Shown here in pieces: positions 9,937 to 21,396 of a DNA stretch of 64,000 nt. Each line of letters opens with the position of its first letter. The first letter of the stretch is position 1. Origin of the DNA: an uncultured Methanosarcinaceae archaeon (lineage in GTDB: Archaea; Halobacteriota; Methanosarcinia; Methanosarcinales; Methanosarcinaceae); contig CAWJYV010000008.1 of NCBI GenBank assembly GCA_963847185.1, positions 800,001-864,000 on the forward strand, given 5' to 3'. The position numbers were made by a program, and so were the translations under genes. The notes under the pieces were generated by a model. It made no database searches. It had not been told where the DNA came from and saw only the letters and a program-made list of their open reading frames with translations.

Positions 9937-10150
9937 ATCAATCTTGATTTCAATTATTTAAAAATAGCTCATTAGAATGAAATTAAAGTTGTCAGCTACT
10001 AATTACGATGGTCATTTATTTACTTTAGTTTGAAATATTATTAAAATGGCTATATATTCAAAGGGTATAAATATCAAATATTTATTATATGAAGATTCAT
10101 ATAACGCTTAAAATATTTTTATCTGCCCAACTAAAGGAAAAAGAGTTAAA

Positions 10151-11563
10151 ATGAATACAGCCTCAAGAATCTTTAAAAATACCAGTGTATTAGCTTTTGG
10201 CCAGATCATTAGTTATGTACTGGGATTCTTTTATATTGTTTATATAGTTAGATACTTAGGTGCAGAAAGATTTGGAATTTTATCTTTTGCCCTAGCATTA
10301 AGTGCAATAGTAAAAATTTTTGTTGATTTTGGTTTAGATTCTTTAGCTGTAAGAGAGATATCAAGAGATCGATTATTAAGTAGAAAATATCTCGGAAATA
10401 TCTTTGCTATAAAACTCTTTCTTTCTATTATTTGTATTTTATTTATTGTCCTTATAATAAGCTTATTTAATTATTCAATAACAAAAGATAAAGTAATATT
10501 TCTCATATTTTTGTCAGTAATTATTGGCTCATTTAGCTCGACATTTAACTCTTTATTTAGCTCATATGAAAAGATGGAATATTTATCTGTAGGCACAATT
10601 TTGAATAGTGCTATCATGCTTATAGTCGCATTTTTAGTAATAAGTCATGGGTACGACATTGTAATGTTAGCATTTTTGATTTGTATAGTAAGCCTAATTA
10701 ATTTGCTATACACATTTATTGTTTGTATATCTAAGTTCGTAATTCCTTCTTTAGAAATAGACTTAAAATTTATCCGTTTACTTACAACAAATACGTGGCC
10801 ATTTTTTTTATCTGCAGTTGTAGATATCATTGCCTTTAAAATTGACATAGTCATGCTGTCCTCAATGAAGGGCGATCTAGCTGTAGGCTATTATTCTGCA
10901 GCATATAAGTTCTTAGAAGTTTTAATGTTCATCCCTTCGGCATTTGTGGGCTCCTTATTTCCTATATTCTCAAACTTTTACTTCTCTTCAATGGAATCTT
11001 TTAAATTACTGTATGAGAGGTCTTTTAAGTATTTATCAATTGTTGGGCTACCAATAGCAGTAGGTACAACTCTATTAGCGGAAAAAATAATCTTCTTTGT
11101 ATATAAGGAAGGATTTTCAGAATCCATTCTTGCACTTAAAGTACTCATTTGGACAGTGCCACTTATTTTTCTAACTTATTTTTTTGGAACAGTCATAGCT
11201 TCAATAAACAAGCAAATTATGGCTTTGAAAATTAATATTCTTTGTATGTTATTAAACATCGGATTAAATCTTATTCTCATCCCTCAATACAGCCTAATAG
11301 GTGCTTCAGTAGCAACAGTGATAACTTATATATTATCAGTAATTTTGTGTTTCTATTATGTTTCCAAGCATTTATGCAAAATCCAATTTCAGAGCTTTGC
11401 ATCAAAGATATTAATTGCAAACCTAATTATGGCACTATTTATTTTAAGTTTTATAAAAATGAACTTACTTTTAATAATTTTTATTTCGATATTAATATAT
11501 TTTGGGGTATTATTCCTTCTTGGAGTTATAACCAAGGCAGATTATGATTTATTAGCAGATTAA
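10151..11563 (+). CDS. Flippase (Wzx/MOP superfamily)
   Basis: Very hydrophobic multi-TM protein; RYLGAERFG, DFGL, DIVML, VGYYSAA. Confidence 0.9.
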   Translation: MNTASRIFKNTSVLAFGQIISYVLGFFYIVYIVRYLGAERFGILSFALALSAIVKIFVDFGLDSLAVREISRDRLLSRKYLGNIFAIKLFLSIICILFIVLIISLFNYSITKDKVIFLIFLSVIIGSFSSTFNSLFSSYEKMEYLSVGTILNSAIMLIVAFLVISHGYDIVMLAFLICIVSLINLLYTFIVCISKFVIPSLEIDLKFIRLLTTNTWPFFLSAVVDIIAFKIDIVMLSSMKGDLAVGYYSAAYKFLEVLMFIPSAFVGSLFPIFSNFYFSSMESFKLLYERSFKYLSIVGLPIAVGTTLLAEKIIFFVYKEGFSESILALKVLIWTVPLIFLTYFFGTVIASINKQIMALKINILCMLLNIGLNLILIPQYSLIGASVATVITYILSVILCFYYVSKHLCKIQFQSFASKILIANLIMALFILSFIKMNLLLIIFISILIYFGVLFLLGVITKADYDLLAD

Positions 11564-11717
11564 GATCAAAAATATTTATACTAATCCTTTAAATAGGAAG
11601 TTTATCCCAAAAATTAAAGAATTCCAAGTATTTATTTCGGATGAGGAATTTTAGTAGTTATTCTAGGTGGAGTATTTATAAGGCTGTTAAGTTTTGAGGT
11701 CGGCTTGAGGAAACCGT

Positions 11718-12641
11718 ATGATTAATCAAGAGCCAAAGGTAAGTGTTGTAATTCCAACATATAACAGGGCACATTTAATCTCGAGGGCAATTCGGAGTGT
11801 TTTAAATCAGAGTTATCAGAACTTAGAGATCGTTATTGTTGACGATGGTTCAATGGATGATACAGAGGATACTGTAAGAAGCTTCAAAGACGTTCGAATT
11901 GTATATATTCGACATGAGATAAATAAAGGAGCTTCAGCAGCAAGAAATACAGGGATCAAAGCTTCTAGAGGAGAATACATTGCATTTCAAGATAGCGATG
12001 ATGAGTGGTTTCCAGATAAACTAGATCATCAAATGAAGGCTTTCAATAATGGTCCCTCTAAACTCGGAATCGTCTATTGTGGGTTTTACAGAATAGAGTC
12101 TGACAAAAAGACATACATCCCAGGCGATAATATTGCTCAAAAAGAGGGTGATATACATAACGAACTTCTCAAAGGGAACTTTATCGGAACGCCAGCAGTC
12201 CTTATTAAGAAAGAGTGTTTCGAGAATATAAAATATTTTGATGAGAACATTCCTGCTTTAGAAGATTGGGAGCTATGGATTGAGCTTTCAAAATATTACT
12301 CCTTCAAATATATAAATAAACCCTTGTTATGTTCATATTCTACGCCCAATAGTGTTAATCTTAATCACAAAAATCTGCTTAAGGCTCACGAAATCATTTT
12401 AGCAACTCATTTAAGTGACTTTAATAAAAATAAAAGCATTTTATCAGATCATTATTTTAACATTGCTGTCGATTTCTACTCGAACGGCGATTTCAGAAGT
12501 GGAAAAAATTATCTAATAAACTCTATAAAAGCAAATCCTCTGAATACTAAAGCAATTTTACGTCTTATCATCTTGCTCTCTGGTCAAAAGACTTACCTTA
12601 AACTTCGATACATTTATCTAAAAACATTGGGTAGAATATAA
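11718..12641 (+). CDS. Glycosyltransferase family 2
   Basis: VSVVIPTYN, VDDGS, ARNTG, FQDSDD, EDWELW. Confidence 0.92.
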   Translation: MINQEPKVSVVIPTYNRAHLISRAIRSVLNQSYQNLEIVIVDDGSMDDTEDTVRSFKDVRIVYIRHEINKGASAARNTGIKASRGEYIAFQDSDDEWFPDKLDHQMKAFNNGPSKLGIVYCGFYRIESDKKTYIPGDNIAQKEGDIHNELLKGNFIGTPAVLIKKECFENIKYFDENIPALEDWELWIELSKYYSFKYINKPLLCSYSTPNSVNLNHKNLLKAHEIILATHLSDFNKNKSILSDHYFNIAVDFYSNGDFRSGKNYLINSIKANPLNTKAILRLIILLSGQKTYLKLRYIYLKTLGRI

Positions 12642-12743
12642 AAATAGTCAAAAATGAAAGTAAGTCGATAAGTTTAAGAGATAAATTTTTCTTCTTGTAT
12701 TTAAGTTACATTAAGACATCAGTTTAATGGAGACCCAAAACTT

Positions 12744-13747
12744 TTGAAAATCTCTATCGCTCTTTGTACTTACAACGGTGTTGAATTTTTACAGGAACAA
12801 CTTGAGAGTATAGCTCTTCAGACTCGAATTCCAGATGAAATGGTTATTTGTGATGATCGATCAAAGGACGATACATTAGAAATTTTAAGAAACTTTTCAT
12901 CTAAAGTTTCTTTCCCTGTAAGAATATTTCTCAATGAAAAAAATCTAGGTTCTACTAAGAATTTTGAAAAGGCTATTAAATTGTGCACGGGCGATATTAT
13001 TTTTCTATCTGATCAGGATGATGTTTGGAATCCCGATAAATTAGAAAAAATTGAAAAATTATTCTCAATCTCTCCTTCTACGGCACTTATTTTTTCAGAT
13101 GCGGAATTAGTAGATGAAAATTTAAGACCTTTAGGATATACTCTATGGAAATCCATTGGGTTTAGTAAAAAAGAACAAAGTAACTTTACTCACGGTAAAT
13201 TTATTGAAGTATTACTTAAACGGAATGTTGTAACGGGCTCAACAATGGCATTTCGTTCGGAATTTAAGCAGCTATTTTTCCCGATTTCTGATATTTGGGT
13301 TCACGATGGGTGGATCGCATTATTAATTGCTTTTGCGTCAGATTTGGGCATGATCTCAGAGCCCCTTATTAAGTATCGTCAGCATCATATGCAGCAAGTG
13401 GGAGCTGGTGATGAGCCTTTAAATATATATGACAGAATTCATAGAAAAACAGCCAGTTGAGAAATCTAAAGTCTAGTTTCTATAATTTTCAGCCTGAGTG
13501 TGCCAGATACAAGTTAGCTTATGAGCATTTAGTTAACTCTCGTTTTCCTTCTATAAAAAGAGATAAGATTTCACTTCTTAAGGCTCGATTCACTCATTTT
13601 TGTATACGTGCTAATTTACCTGCAAAAAGAATAAGAAGAATTCCTCTTATTGTAAAAGAGTTACTGAACATGAATTACCACCGTTATTCCGAAGGTATTT
13701 CCAGTTTTGTTGGGGATTTTCTTCGTGATAATAATATTAAGGAATAA
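12744..13747 (+). pseudogene. Glycosyltransferase family 2 split by a frameshift near 13445 (real or sequencing error)
   Basis: CTYNG, DDRSKD, SDQDDVW, HDGW, YRQH in 12744-13460. The overlapping ORF 13457-13747 reads like the missing C-terminus. Confidence 0.65.
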
Positions 13748-13779
13748 GTTAAGGAATAAGTAAATTTGCCGGAGTAACA

Positions 13780-14802
13780 ATGAATCCAAAAGTCGCCATC
13801 ATAATCCTTAACTGGAATGGTTGGGAAGATACTATAGAATGTTTGGAATCTGTTTATCAGATTGCATATCCCCTTTACGATGTTATCGTGGTTGACAACG
13901 GTTCAAAAGACGATTCTATACAAAAAATAAAATACTATGCAGAAGGGAAAATCAAAGCTAAATCCAGATTCTTTGATTATTCCTCCGAAAATAAACCTAT
14001 TTATTTAATGGAATATTCCAAAAGGGACCTGGAATCCTCAGCTTCGATAAAAGAAACCATTAAAAACCCGATTTCAAGAAATAACCTGATTCTTATAAAA
14101 AATGATGATAACTATGGATTTGCTGAAGGAAACAATATTGGTATTAGATTTGCTTTAAACAACCTTAATCCGGATTATATTCTTTTACTTAATAACGATG
14201 CTGTTGTAGATCCTTATTTTTTAAATGAGCTGATAAATGTAGCAGAAAATGATGTGCATATAGGGATTTTAGGGCCAACAGTATACGAATATAAAAATCC
14301 TAATGAAATTCAATCCGCTGGCGCAAAAATTTATTGGAGCAAAGGTGAAACAGTTAACCTGACCTCACATGAAAGTAAATACTCTGACGAACCTGAAGAT
14401 GTAGATAGTGTGATAGGTTGCGCATTGCTTGCAAAAGCTGAATTATTCTATAAAATTGGGTATTTGAATAAGGACTATTTTGCATATATGGAAGAAACTG
14501 AGTGGTGTGTGCGCGCTCACAAAGAGTCGTATAGAATAGTCTATGTGCCAAGAGGAAAAATCTGGCATAAGGGTGGAGCTACAAGCAGCAAAATAACTGG
14601 TTTTACTCTCTATTACCATACGAGGAATAAGTTTTGGTTTATGAGAAAGCATTCCTCCAAAAAACAATACTTTTCTTTTTTAGTTTATTTTTTTGGATTT
14701 AGATTCTGGATGGTTATTTGTGGTATTTTTTACCGTCAAAAAAGTAAGGAAATTTTGCCGTCTATTATTTCTTTCTTGAAAGGAATTAGGGATGGATTAT
14801 GA
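13780..14802 (+). CDS. Glycosyltransferase family 2 (rhamnosyltransferase-like)
   Basis: IILNWNG, VDNGS, GFAEGNN, LLNND, YMEETEW, WHKGG. Confidence 0.88.
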   Translation: MNPKVAIIILNWNGWEDTIECLESVYQIAYPLYDVIVVDNGSKDDSIQKIKYYAEGKIKAKSRFFDYSSENKPIYLMEYSKRDLESSASIKETIKNPISRNNLILIKNDDNYGFAEGNNIGIRFALNNLNPDYILLLNNDAVVDPYFLNELINVAENDVHIGILGPTVYEYKNPNEIQSAGAKIYWSKGETVNLTSHESKYSDEPEDVDSVIGCALLAKAELFYKIGYLNKDYFAYMEETEWCVRAHKESYRIVYVPRGKIWHKGGATSSKITGFTLYYHTRNKFWFMRKHSSKKQYFSFLVYFFGFRFWMVICGIFYRQKSKEILPSIISFLKGIRDGL

Positions 14803-14809
14803 CTCGAGA

Positions 14810-15874
14810 TCAGAACTCTTTATATACTTTCAATGTTTTTTTTGCCGAATCTTCCCAGCTAAATATTTTTGATCTTTCAAGTCCCTTTTTTATCATTTCT
14901 TCTCTTAGCCCTTCATTAGTTAATACTTCATACATTTCTTCGGCAAATTTGTTTGCATCATAAGGATCTACAGTTATAGCAGCTTCTCCCACAACTTCCG
15001 GCAAAGAAGAAGTATTTGAGGTTATAACCGGTGTCCCACAAGCCATTGCTTCCAGAGGGGGTATTCCGAATCCTTCATATAAAGAAGGAAATACAAACAA
15101 ATCCACAGCGTTGTATATCTCTGCCAATTCGTTCTCTGACACATATCCTGCAAAGATAACATCTTTCTGTAAATTTAAGGACTCAATATGATTCAGGAGT
15201 TTTCCTCTTACTCCTACATCGTTTGGCAAACCTACTTTTAACAATTTTACCTTCTGAAGTTTGTCTTTTAATTTGCTGAATGAGTTTATTAAAAAATGAA
15301 CGTTTTTTCTCGGGTCTTCTGCTCCCACATACAGGACTACCCGCTCATCTTCCTCTATCTTATATTTTTTTAAAGCTTTTCTGTTTCGATTTAAATAATA
15401 TAAATTATAATCTACCGCAGGAGGTATAATCTCTATATTTTCTTCTGGGGCTTTTATATATTTAATTATATCTAGTTTGGAGAATTCAGATATTGTTATT
15501 ATTTTTTCTGCTTTTTTCAGTCCTTTTGCATTGAGTTTCCAAGTAGGATTTAGGGTATTATAATATGCTATAGGTATGATATCGTAGCAGGTGACAATGG
15601 TCTTTTTTAAATCCATTAGCTCCAACAGAAATGCAAGATCCTGACGGGTCACATGCTTAATGTTAGCTTTACTTACTTTTTTTTTCACGATGAGTGGATA
15701 TGCGAGATATTCCACAATTTTATTGACCCCAACTACCTTTACTGCTTTTGATGCATCTGGATACTCTATCCGGTTTAATCTGACATTTTCTAACCTGCTG
15801 TGGATTTCACTTTGATATTTTGACATTCCGAATATCTTATCAGTTTTTAGGCCGTTTATGTAATCAATTTCCAT
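14810..15874 (-). CDS. Glycosyltransferase family 4
   Basis: [22 protein letters not shown]. Confidence 0.92.
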   Translation of the reverse strand: MEIDYINGLKTDKIFGMSKYQSEIHSRLENVRLNRIEYPDASKAVKVVGVNKIVEYLAYPLIVKKKVSKANIKHVTRQDLAFLLELMDLKKTIVTCYDIIPIAYYNTLNPTWKLNAKGLKKAEKIITISEFSKLDIIKYIKAPEENIEIIPPAVDYNLYYLNRNRKALKKYKIEEDERVVLYVGAEDPRKNVHFLINSFSKLKDKLQKVKLLKVGLPNDVGVRGKLLNHIESLNLQKDVIFAGYVSENELAEIYNAVDLFVFPSLYEGFGIPPLEAMACGTPVITSNTSSLPEVVGEAAITVDPYDANKFAEEMYEVLTNEGLREEMIKKGLERSKIFSWEDSAKKTLKVYKEF

Positions 15875-15944
15875 GTTTTACTTCCCCAAAAACTCAATAC
15901 TCCTGCATCGAATTTTAATTTCACTCTAAATACATGTTTTGGTT

Positions 15945-17057
15945 TTATTTTGAATCACACATCTTTTTTTGTTTCTTTACATACAGTTCTTCAATTCTAA
16001 CAACTACTTCGCTCCAGTCCAGTAATCCTTCATTTTTTTCCGAGTTATTTAGTTTTTCTACTTTTTTCATTTCTTTAATTGCCTTGACAACTTTATCTTT
16101 TGTTGGGGGCTTCTCTATTCCAATGCAATTTATTCCATTTACAAATTCGTCAAGTGCACTTCCTTTTGCAACCACACATGGAACTCCTGAAGCTAGCGAC
16201 TCTGCAACCGTAATTCCATATGATTCATGGGAAGAAAGCATTAAGAATATATCAGCATCTGCATAACATTCAAGAAGTTCTTTTCTTGAGAGATCTTTTA
16301 ACCATTCTATTCTTTCTGTCACTTTAAGATTTTCTGCCATATTGTGCAGTTCCTTTTCGTAAGGCCCTTTCCCTACAATCTTTAATCTGAAATTTCGAAG
16401 CTCAGGTAAACTCTGAATGATGTATTGAACCCCTTTATATTCTTCAAGGCGTCCTACGTAGAGAAGCACCTTTTCTTTCTTTTCATGTCCTTTTTTATCA
16501 TTTCTTTGACTTTTCAGATTCTCAAATTCTGAGAGATTAAGCCCATTTGGAATTTTTGTGATTTTCCCCGTGACATCAAAATCAGATTCTACCAGCCCTT
16601 TTTCATATTCGGATATACATATAACAGCATCCGCACGAGAAAATATTATTTTTCCAAAGAATTTGTAGGGCTTATGGAGTAGATTTCTAAATGGAGTGTG
16701 TCCTCCACGATGGTAATACGGAGAGAATACAAACTTTTTTTTGCGCTCGCTTAGAGCTGCAAAAAGAGCCGGAAGAGCATGATAACTATGAGCATGGATA
16801 ACGTCGTAATTGTGATTCTTTAAATAGCTGTATATTTGTGGAGCAAAAAAGTATGCATTTCCTGGAGCATACGATTTGAATCTTGTAATCTTCACTCCCT
16901 TTATTACATCTTTTTTTTTCAGTTTTCCGCTGGGATCCGTAGTAATTACTTCTATCTCGTGGCCCTTTGAAACCAGTCTTTCACTAATTTCTTTGACGTC
17001 GGTTTCAACTCCTCCAATCTCAGGGAAATATCTGGGGCAAACCTGTGCGATCTTCAA
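15945..17057 (-). CDS. Glycosyltransferase family 4
   Basis: GGVE, VGRLEEYKG, ESYGITVAESLASG. Confidence 0.9.
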   Translation of the reverse strand: MKIAQVCPRYFPEIGGVETDVKEISERLVSKGHEIEVITTDPSGKLKKKDVIKGVKITRFKSYAPGNAYFFAPQIYSYLKNHNYDVIHAHSYHALPALFAALSERKKKFVFSPYYHRGGHTPFRNLLHKPYKFFGKIIFSRADAVICISEYEKGLVESDFDVTGKITKIPNGLNLSEFENLKSQRNDKKGHEKKEKVLLYVGRLEEYKGVQYIIQSLPELRNFRLKIVGKGPYEKELHNMAENLKVTERIEWLKDLSRKELLECYADADIFLMLSSHESYGITVAESLASGVPCVVAKGSALDEFVNGINCIGIEKPPTKDKVVKAIKEMKKVEKLNNSEKNEGLLDWSEVVVRIEELYVKKQKKMCDSK

Positions 17058-17124
17058 TAAGAAAACCTCTCTTTAAGGTCTAATGCATTAGCTTAATATA
17101 AAGATAATGTGATAGTTAAGGCAA

Positions 17125-18279
17125 ATGACATCTAATAAAAGTATTTGCATAGTCGGGCCTTCAAAGCGCTTTTTAAGTGGTATCAGTTATTATACTATCC
17201 GTCTGGCCAATGCAATGTCCGAGAAAAAGAATGTCTCTGTCGTTTGCTTCAGGCAGCTGCTTCCAACCTTTCTTTTTCCTGGCAAATCCCATGTAGGAAA
17301 AAATATCTCGGATCTGAATTTTTCGCCTGCGATTCCTGTCTTTGATGGCATGGACTATAATAATCCTTTTACCTGGGCAAAAGCATACAGCTTTCTTAAA
17401 ACTGAAAAACCGGATATTATAGTTTTGCAGTGGTGGACTTCTTCAGTCGCACACATGCAGCTAATGTTAAAAATGTTTGCAGGCCTGTTACATAAACCCA
17501 AAATAATTGTGGAGTTTCATGAAGTCGTGGACCCTTTTGAAGAATCGATACTTCCTATCCGTTTATATTCAAAAATAACGGGAAAACTGCTTCGCAAAAA
17601 CCTTGATGCGTACATCACCCATTCGGAATCGGACAAACAGCTTGTCGCAGAAAGGTATTCTATTAATCCTGAAAAGATCCATGTAATTCCACACGGGCTC
17701 TATGATCAGTACGGGGAATTACTTGAGAGAAATGAAGCAATAAAAAACCTTTCTATCAATGAAGAATTTGTTATTCTCTCTTTCGGTTTAATTCGCAAAT
17801 ATAAAGGAATTCCCTATCTAATCAGGGCTTTTGAGCAGCTTCCCTCAAAAATTACAGAGAAAAGCAGGCTGCTTATTGTCGGAGAAGTCTGGGAAGATCG
17901 AAAAGAACTGCTTGATCAGATTATCTCTTCTCCTCTTCGAGATAGAATCACACTGGTAGATGAATATGTTCCTGACGAGAAAGTTAATGTTTATTTCAGC
18001 GCTGCGGACGTGGTAGTTTTGCCTTATTTAAGGGCTTCTCAGAGTGGAATTGCTCACATTGCCATGTCTTTTGGAAAACCTGTCGTAGTTTCCGAGGTAG
18101 GTGGCTTGAAAGAATCAATGGCTGGCTATAAAGGAACTTTTTTTGTCCCTCCGGGAGATGTGGAATCCATTCAAAAAGCTGTTTTAAGTCAGTTTGGAAA
18201 TAAAAAGTATTATGAAGCTCCTGATCAGAAATGGGATAAAATTATAAACTGTTATATTGAATTAATAGAATCGGTTTGA
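17125..18279 (+). CDS. Glycosyltransferase family 4
   Basis: FGLIRKYKG, PYLRASQSG, AMSFGKPVV; divergent from the previous gene across only 67 bp. Confidence 0.9.
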   Translation: MTSNKSICIVGPSKRFLSGISYYTIRLANAMSEKKNVSVVCFRQLLPTFLFPGKSHVGKNISDLNFSPAIPVFDGMDYNNPFTWAKAYSFLKTEKPDIIVLQWWTSSVAHMQLMLKMFAGLLHKPKIIVEFHEVVDPFEESILPIRLYSKITGKLLRKNLDAYITHSESDKQLVAERYSINPEKIHVIPHGLYDQYGELLERNEAIKNLSINEEFVILSFGLIRKYKGIPYLIRAFEQLPSKITEKSRLLIVGEVWEDRKELLDQIISSPLRDRITLVDEYVPDEKVNVYFSAADVVVLPYLRASQSGIAHIAMSFGKPVVVSEVGGLKESMAGYKGTFFVPPGDVESIQKAVLSQFGNKKYYEAPDQKWDKIINCYIELIESV

Positions 18280-18420
18280 TTTTCTTTTCTATAGTTCTAC
18301 ACTGATTGAGGAAATTAGATAGAATTATTAACTGTTAATTGAATTAATAGTATCTATTTGATTTTCTTTTCTATATTTCTATACTAATTGAGAAAAATTT
18401 ACCTCTTAAAGAGGATCATC

Positions 18421-20948
18421 ATGAGTTCCCAGAATCGTCCTGTAGCATTAAAAGATAAAATTAAATCCAGCTGGCCATACACTCTGACAGTTGCGATAAT
18501 AGGTTTTGCAGCTTTTTGGATCAAAACAATCCCTTCTAATACAGTGTTTTTATCTGATGGCACTGTGAAGTTCGCTACCAATGATGCCTGGTATCATATG
18601 CGGACTCTAAGACTTCTTCTTGAGCATTACCCCCACAGGATTTTTTTTAACCCAATGACGAATTATCCTAACGGAAGTTACATCCATTTCGGTCCTTTAT
18701 TTGATCAAATGATGGCGATTACTTCCCTGGTTCTCGGTCTTGGCCACCCAAGTTCCGAACTTGTTGACACTATAGGAGCCTACTTTCCTGCAGTTCTCGG
18801 AGCTCTTACTGTTATTCCTGTTTATTATATCGGAAAATACCTCGGAGGACATAAGACAGGGATACTTGCTGCGATCCTAATTGCCTTTGCTCCGGGCCAC
18901 TTTTTGGCCCGTTCAATGATCGGTTTTACAGATCATCATGTTGCTGAGTCTTTATTCAGCACTTTCTTCATGATGTTTTTTATGCTGGCTCTGATTTCAG
19001 CAAAGAAAAATAAGTTGCGCTTTGACCATATAATCAATAAAGACTTCAATGTTGTAAAAGAGCCCCTTATATATTCGATTATTGCCGGTATCATGTATTC
19101 TGCCTACCAGCTTATATGGCCAGGAGCTTCTCTTTTCGCATTAATCGTTGTTATCTACGCTGTTTTCCAGTATATCCTTGATAATTTCCACAACGAATCA
19201 AGTGATTACCTCGGGTTTATAGGAATAATCACTTTTTTGGTAAGTGCAGTTCTTATCCTTCCTTTTGTACATCCAGACATGGGTTTTTCGATGTATTACT
19301 ATTCCTGGTTCCATGTTGTTACTGCTTTTGGAGCAATGGTAGTTTTTGCAGTTTTAAGTTTTAGTCAAAGGGAGTTTAAGAAGAAGAATATTAAGGCTTA
19401 TTATTATCCTCTTTTAATTATCGGGGTTGCATTCTTTGGACTAATTACAGTAAAGATTGCCTCTCCAGCTCTTTATGGTCTTATCATAAATGCTCCAAAT
19501 ACTGTCTTTGGGGTTCAAGAAGGAGGGGCAGCTTCAATTGGTGAAGCTTCATCTATGTTTTATGATAACTATAATAAAACTTTCACTTTCTCGAAAGCTT
19601 TTGCATATCTTACTCTTTCAGGATTTATAGTTTCGACTCTAGGAATTCTCATTCTGTTCGCTAAAATGTTCCGGAAACCCAGGCCTGAAGAAGTACTGGT
19701 TCTTGTCTGGAGTATTCTGCTGCTCCTTGCAATCTACGGTCAGAACCGTTTTGGATACTACTATTCCATTAATGTTTCAGTTCTCTGTGCTTATGTAGGA
19801 GGCCTGGTTTTAGAGGCAGTAAGATGGGATGAACTTGATCAGAAATTTAAGAGTAATGTAAAATCTCCTGCAGATATTCCAAAATTCTTTAAGTTTATCA
19901 AAATCGAACAAATAATTGCAGTTCTTGCTATAGTAATCATTCTAATCTATCCAGTATATGGAGCTGCAAAAGCACAAGCATTAGGCTCCAATGCTCCCAA
20001 TGAACCCTGGATGGAAGCATGTCTGTGGCTTCGTTCAAATACTCCAGATCCTGGAATGGACTATAATGCCATTTATGATGCCCCTGAAGACGGAAAACTT
20101 TTCGATTATCCAGATACTGCATACGGAGTTATGTCCTGGTGGGATTACGGGCACTACATAGAAACAATTGGCTACCGTATGCCTAACGCCAATCCTTTTC
20201 AGGCTGGAATAGGAGGGCGCAGAGGAAGCATTAATGAAACTAATCAGCCCGGCGCTGCACCCTTTTTCACGGCTGCAATCCGAAGAAGAAGCAACATCAG
20301 TGCTTGAAGCTGTAGATCCTGATCCTGATAAAGTCGGAGCACGTTATATTATATCTGACAACTACATGGCTACTGGGATATTTGGAGCAATGGCTGCATG
20401 GACCCTTGATACTGAAGGGTATTCGCAATCTTACTGGATGGGGAGCGGATATCAAAGTCTGCCTTCCACTCGTTACTATAATTCCATGGAATCAAGGCTT
20501 CAAATTCTGGACGGAAATGGGCTGAAGCAGTACCGTATGATTCATGAAACCTGGGCATATCAGACTGAGGAAGTAGTGTATAGGCAGTTCTATAATTTAC
20601 TTTCCGGGAGCAGTATTTCCGAAGTGGATACAGGTTATGTCAAGATTTTCGAATATGTCAAAGGTGCAAAAATAACCGGGACCGCTTCTCCTAATGAGTC
20701 TGTCAAAATAAGTACGACAATTCTTACAGGCCAGGAGAGAACCTTTGAATATTCCCAGTCTACAACTTCGGATTCTCAGGGAAGGTATGAATTTACAGTA
20801 CCCTATTCAACTGAAGGTCCGGTTGCAGGCGAGACTCAGTTCGATACCGCGCCTTCAGGCCCCTATGTAGTGAGCTATGGAGATACGACAAAAGAAGTTA
20901 GAGTAAATGAAGAAGCAGTATTAAAAGGCAGAAGAAGTAAAGGTATAA
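18421..20948 (+). pseudogene. aglB: Oligosaccharyltransferase AglB copy 1, two +1 frameshifts (about 20275 and 20929; possibly sequencing errors)
   Basis: NDAWYH, DHH, WWDYG, NPFQ. Removing one base at each site restores collinearity with copies 2 and 3 (TAQSEEE..., KGEEVKV*). Confidence 0.85.
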
Positions 20949-21396
20949 GCTAAGCGTATGATTGGTTTTAATCCTTCAATTTTTCTTTCCTTTTACCTTT
21001 TTTCCTTACTTAAGGTTATTATCTTTGATGTTTTGACTTAATGTAATTTCAAATTTTTTCTCTTCTATGCACCTACGCTTGAATTTATTATTTCTAATTC
21101 ATATGTCTGAATTCAAAAGTAAATTGCACACATTCTCTCTTTTGGAAAATCTGTTGCAGTCTCCATGTAGGCTGTTTGATAGGAGTGATTGTTGGCTCTA
21201 ACGGAGTCTTTGTTCTCCAAAAAACTGATAAAATTCGGAAAGTCATTTAGAGCTAGTTTGGAGATTAGACCAATATGGGACCCTGTTCAAAAGTGGGAAA
21301 GAGTTATAAGTAGTCGTATTTAGTTAATAGCATCAATTTAATTTTCTTTTCTATAGTTCTATAAGTTATGAAAATATATTCTTAAAGGGAATTATC

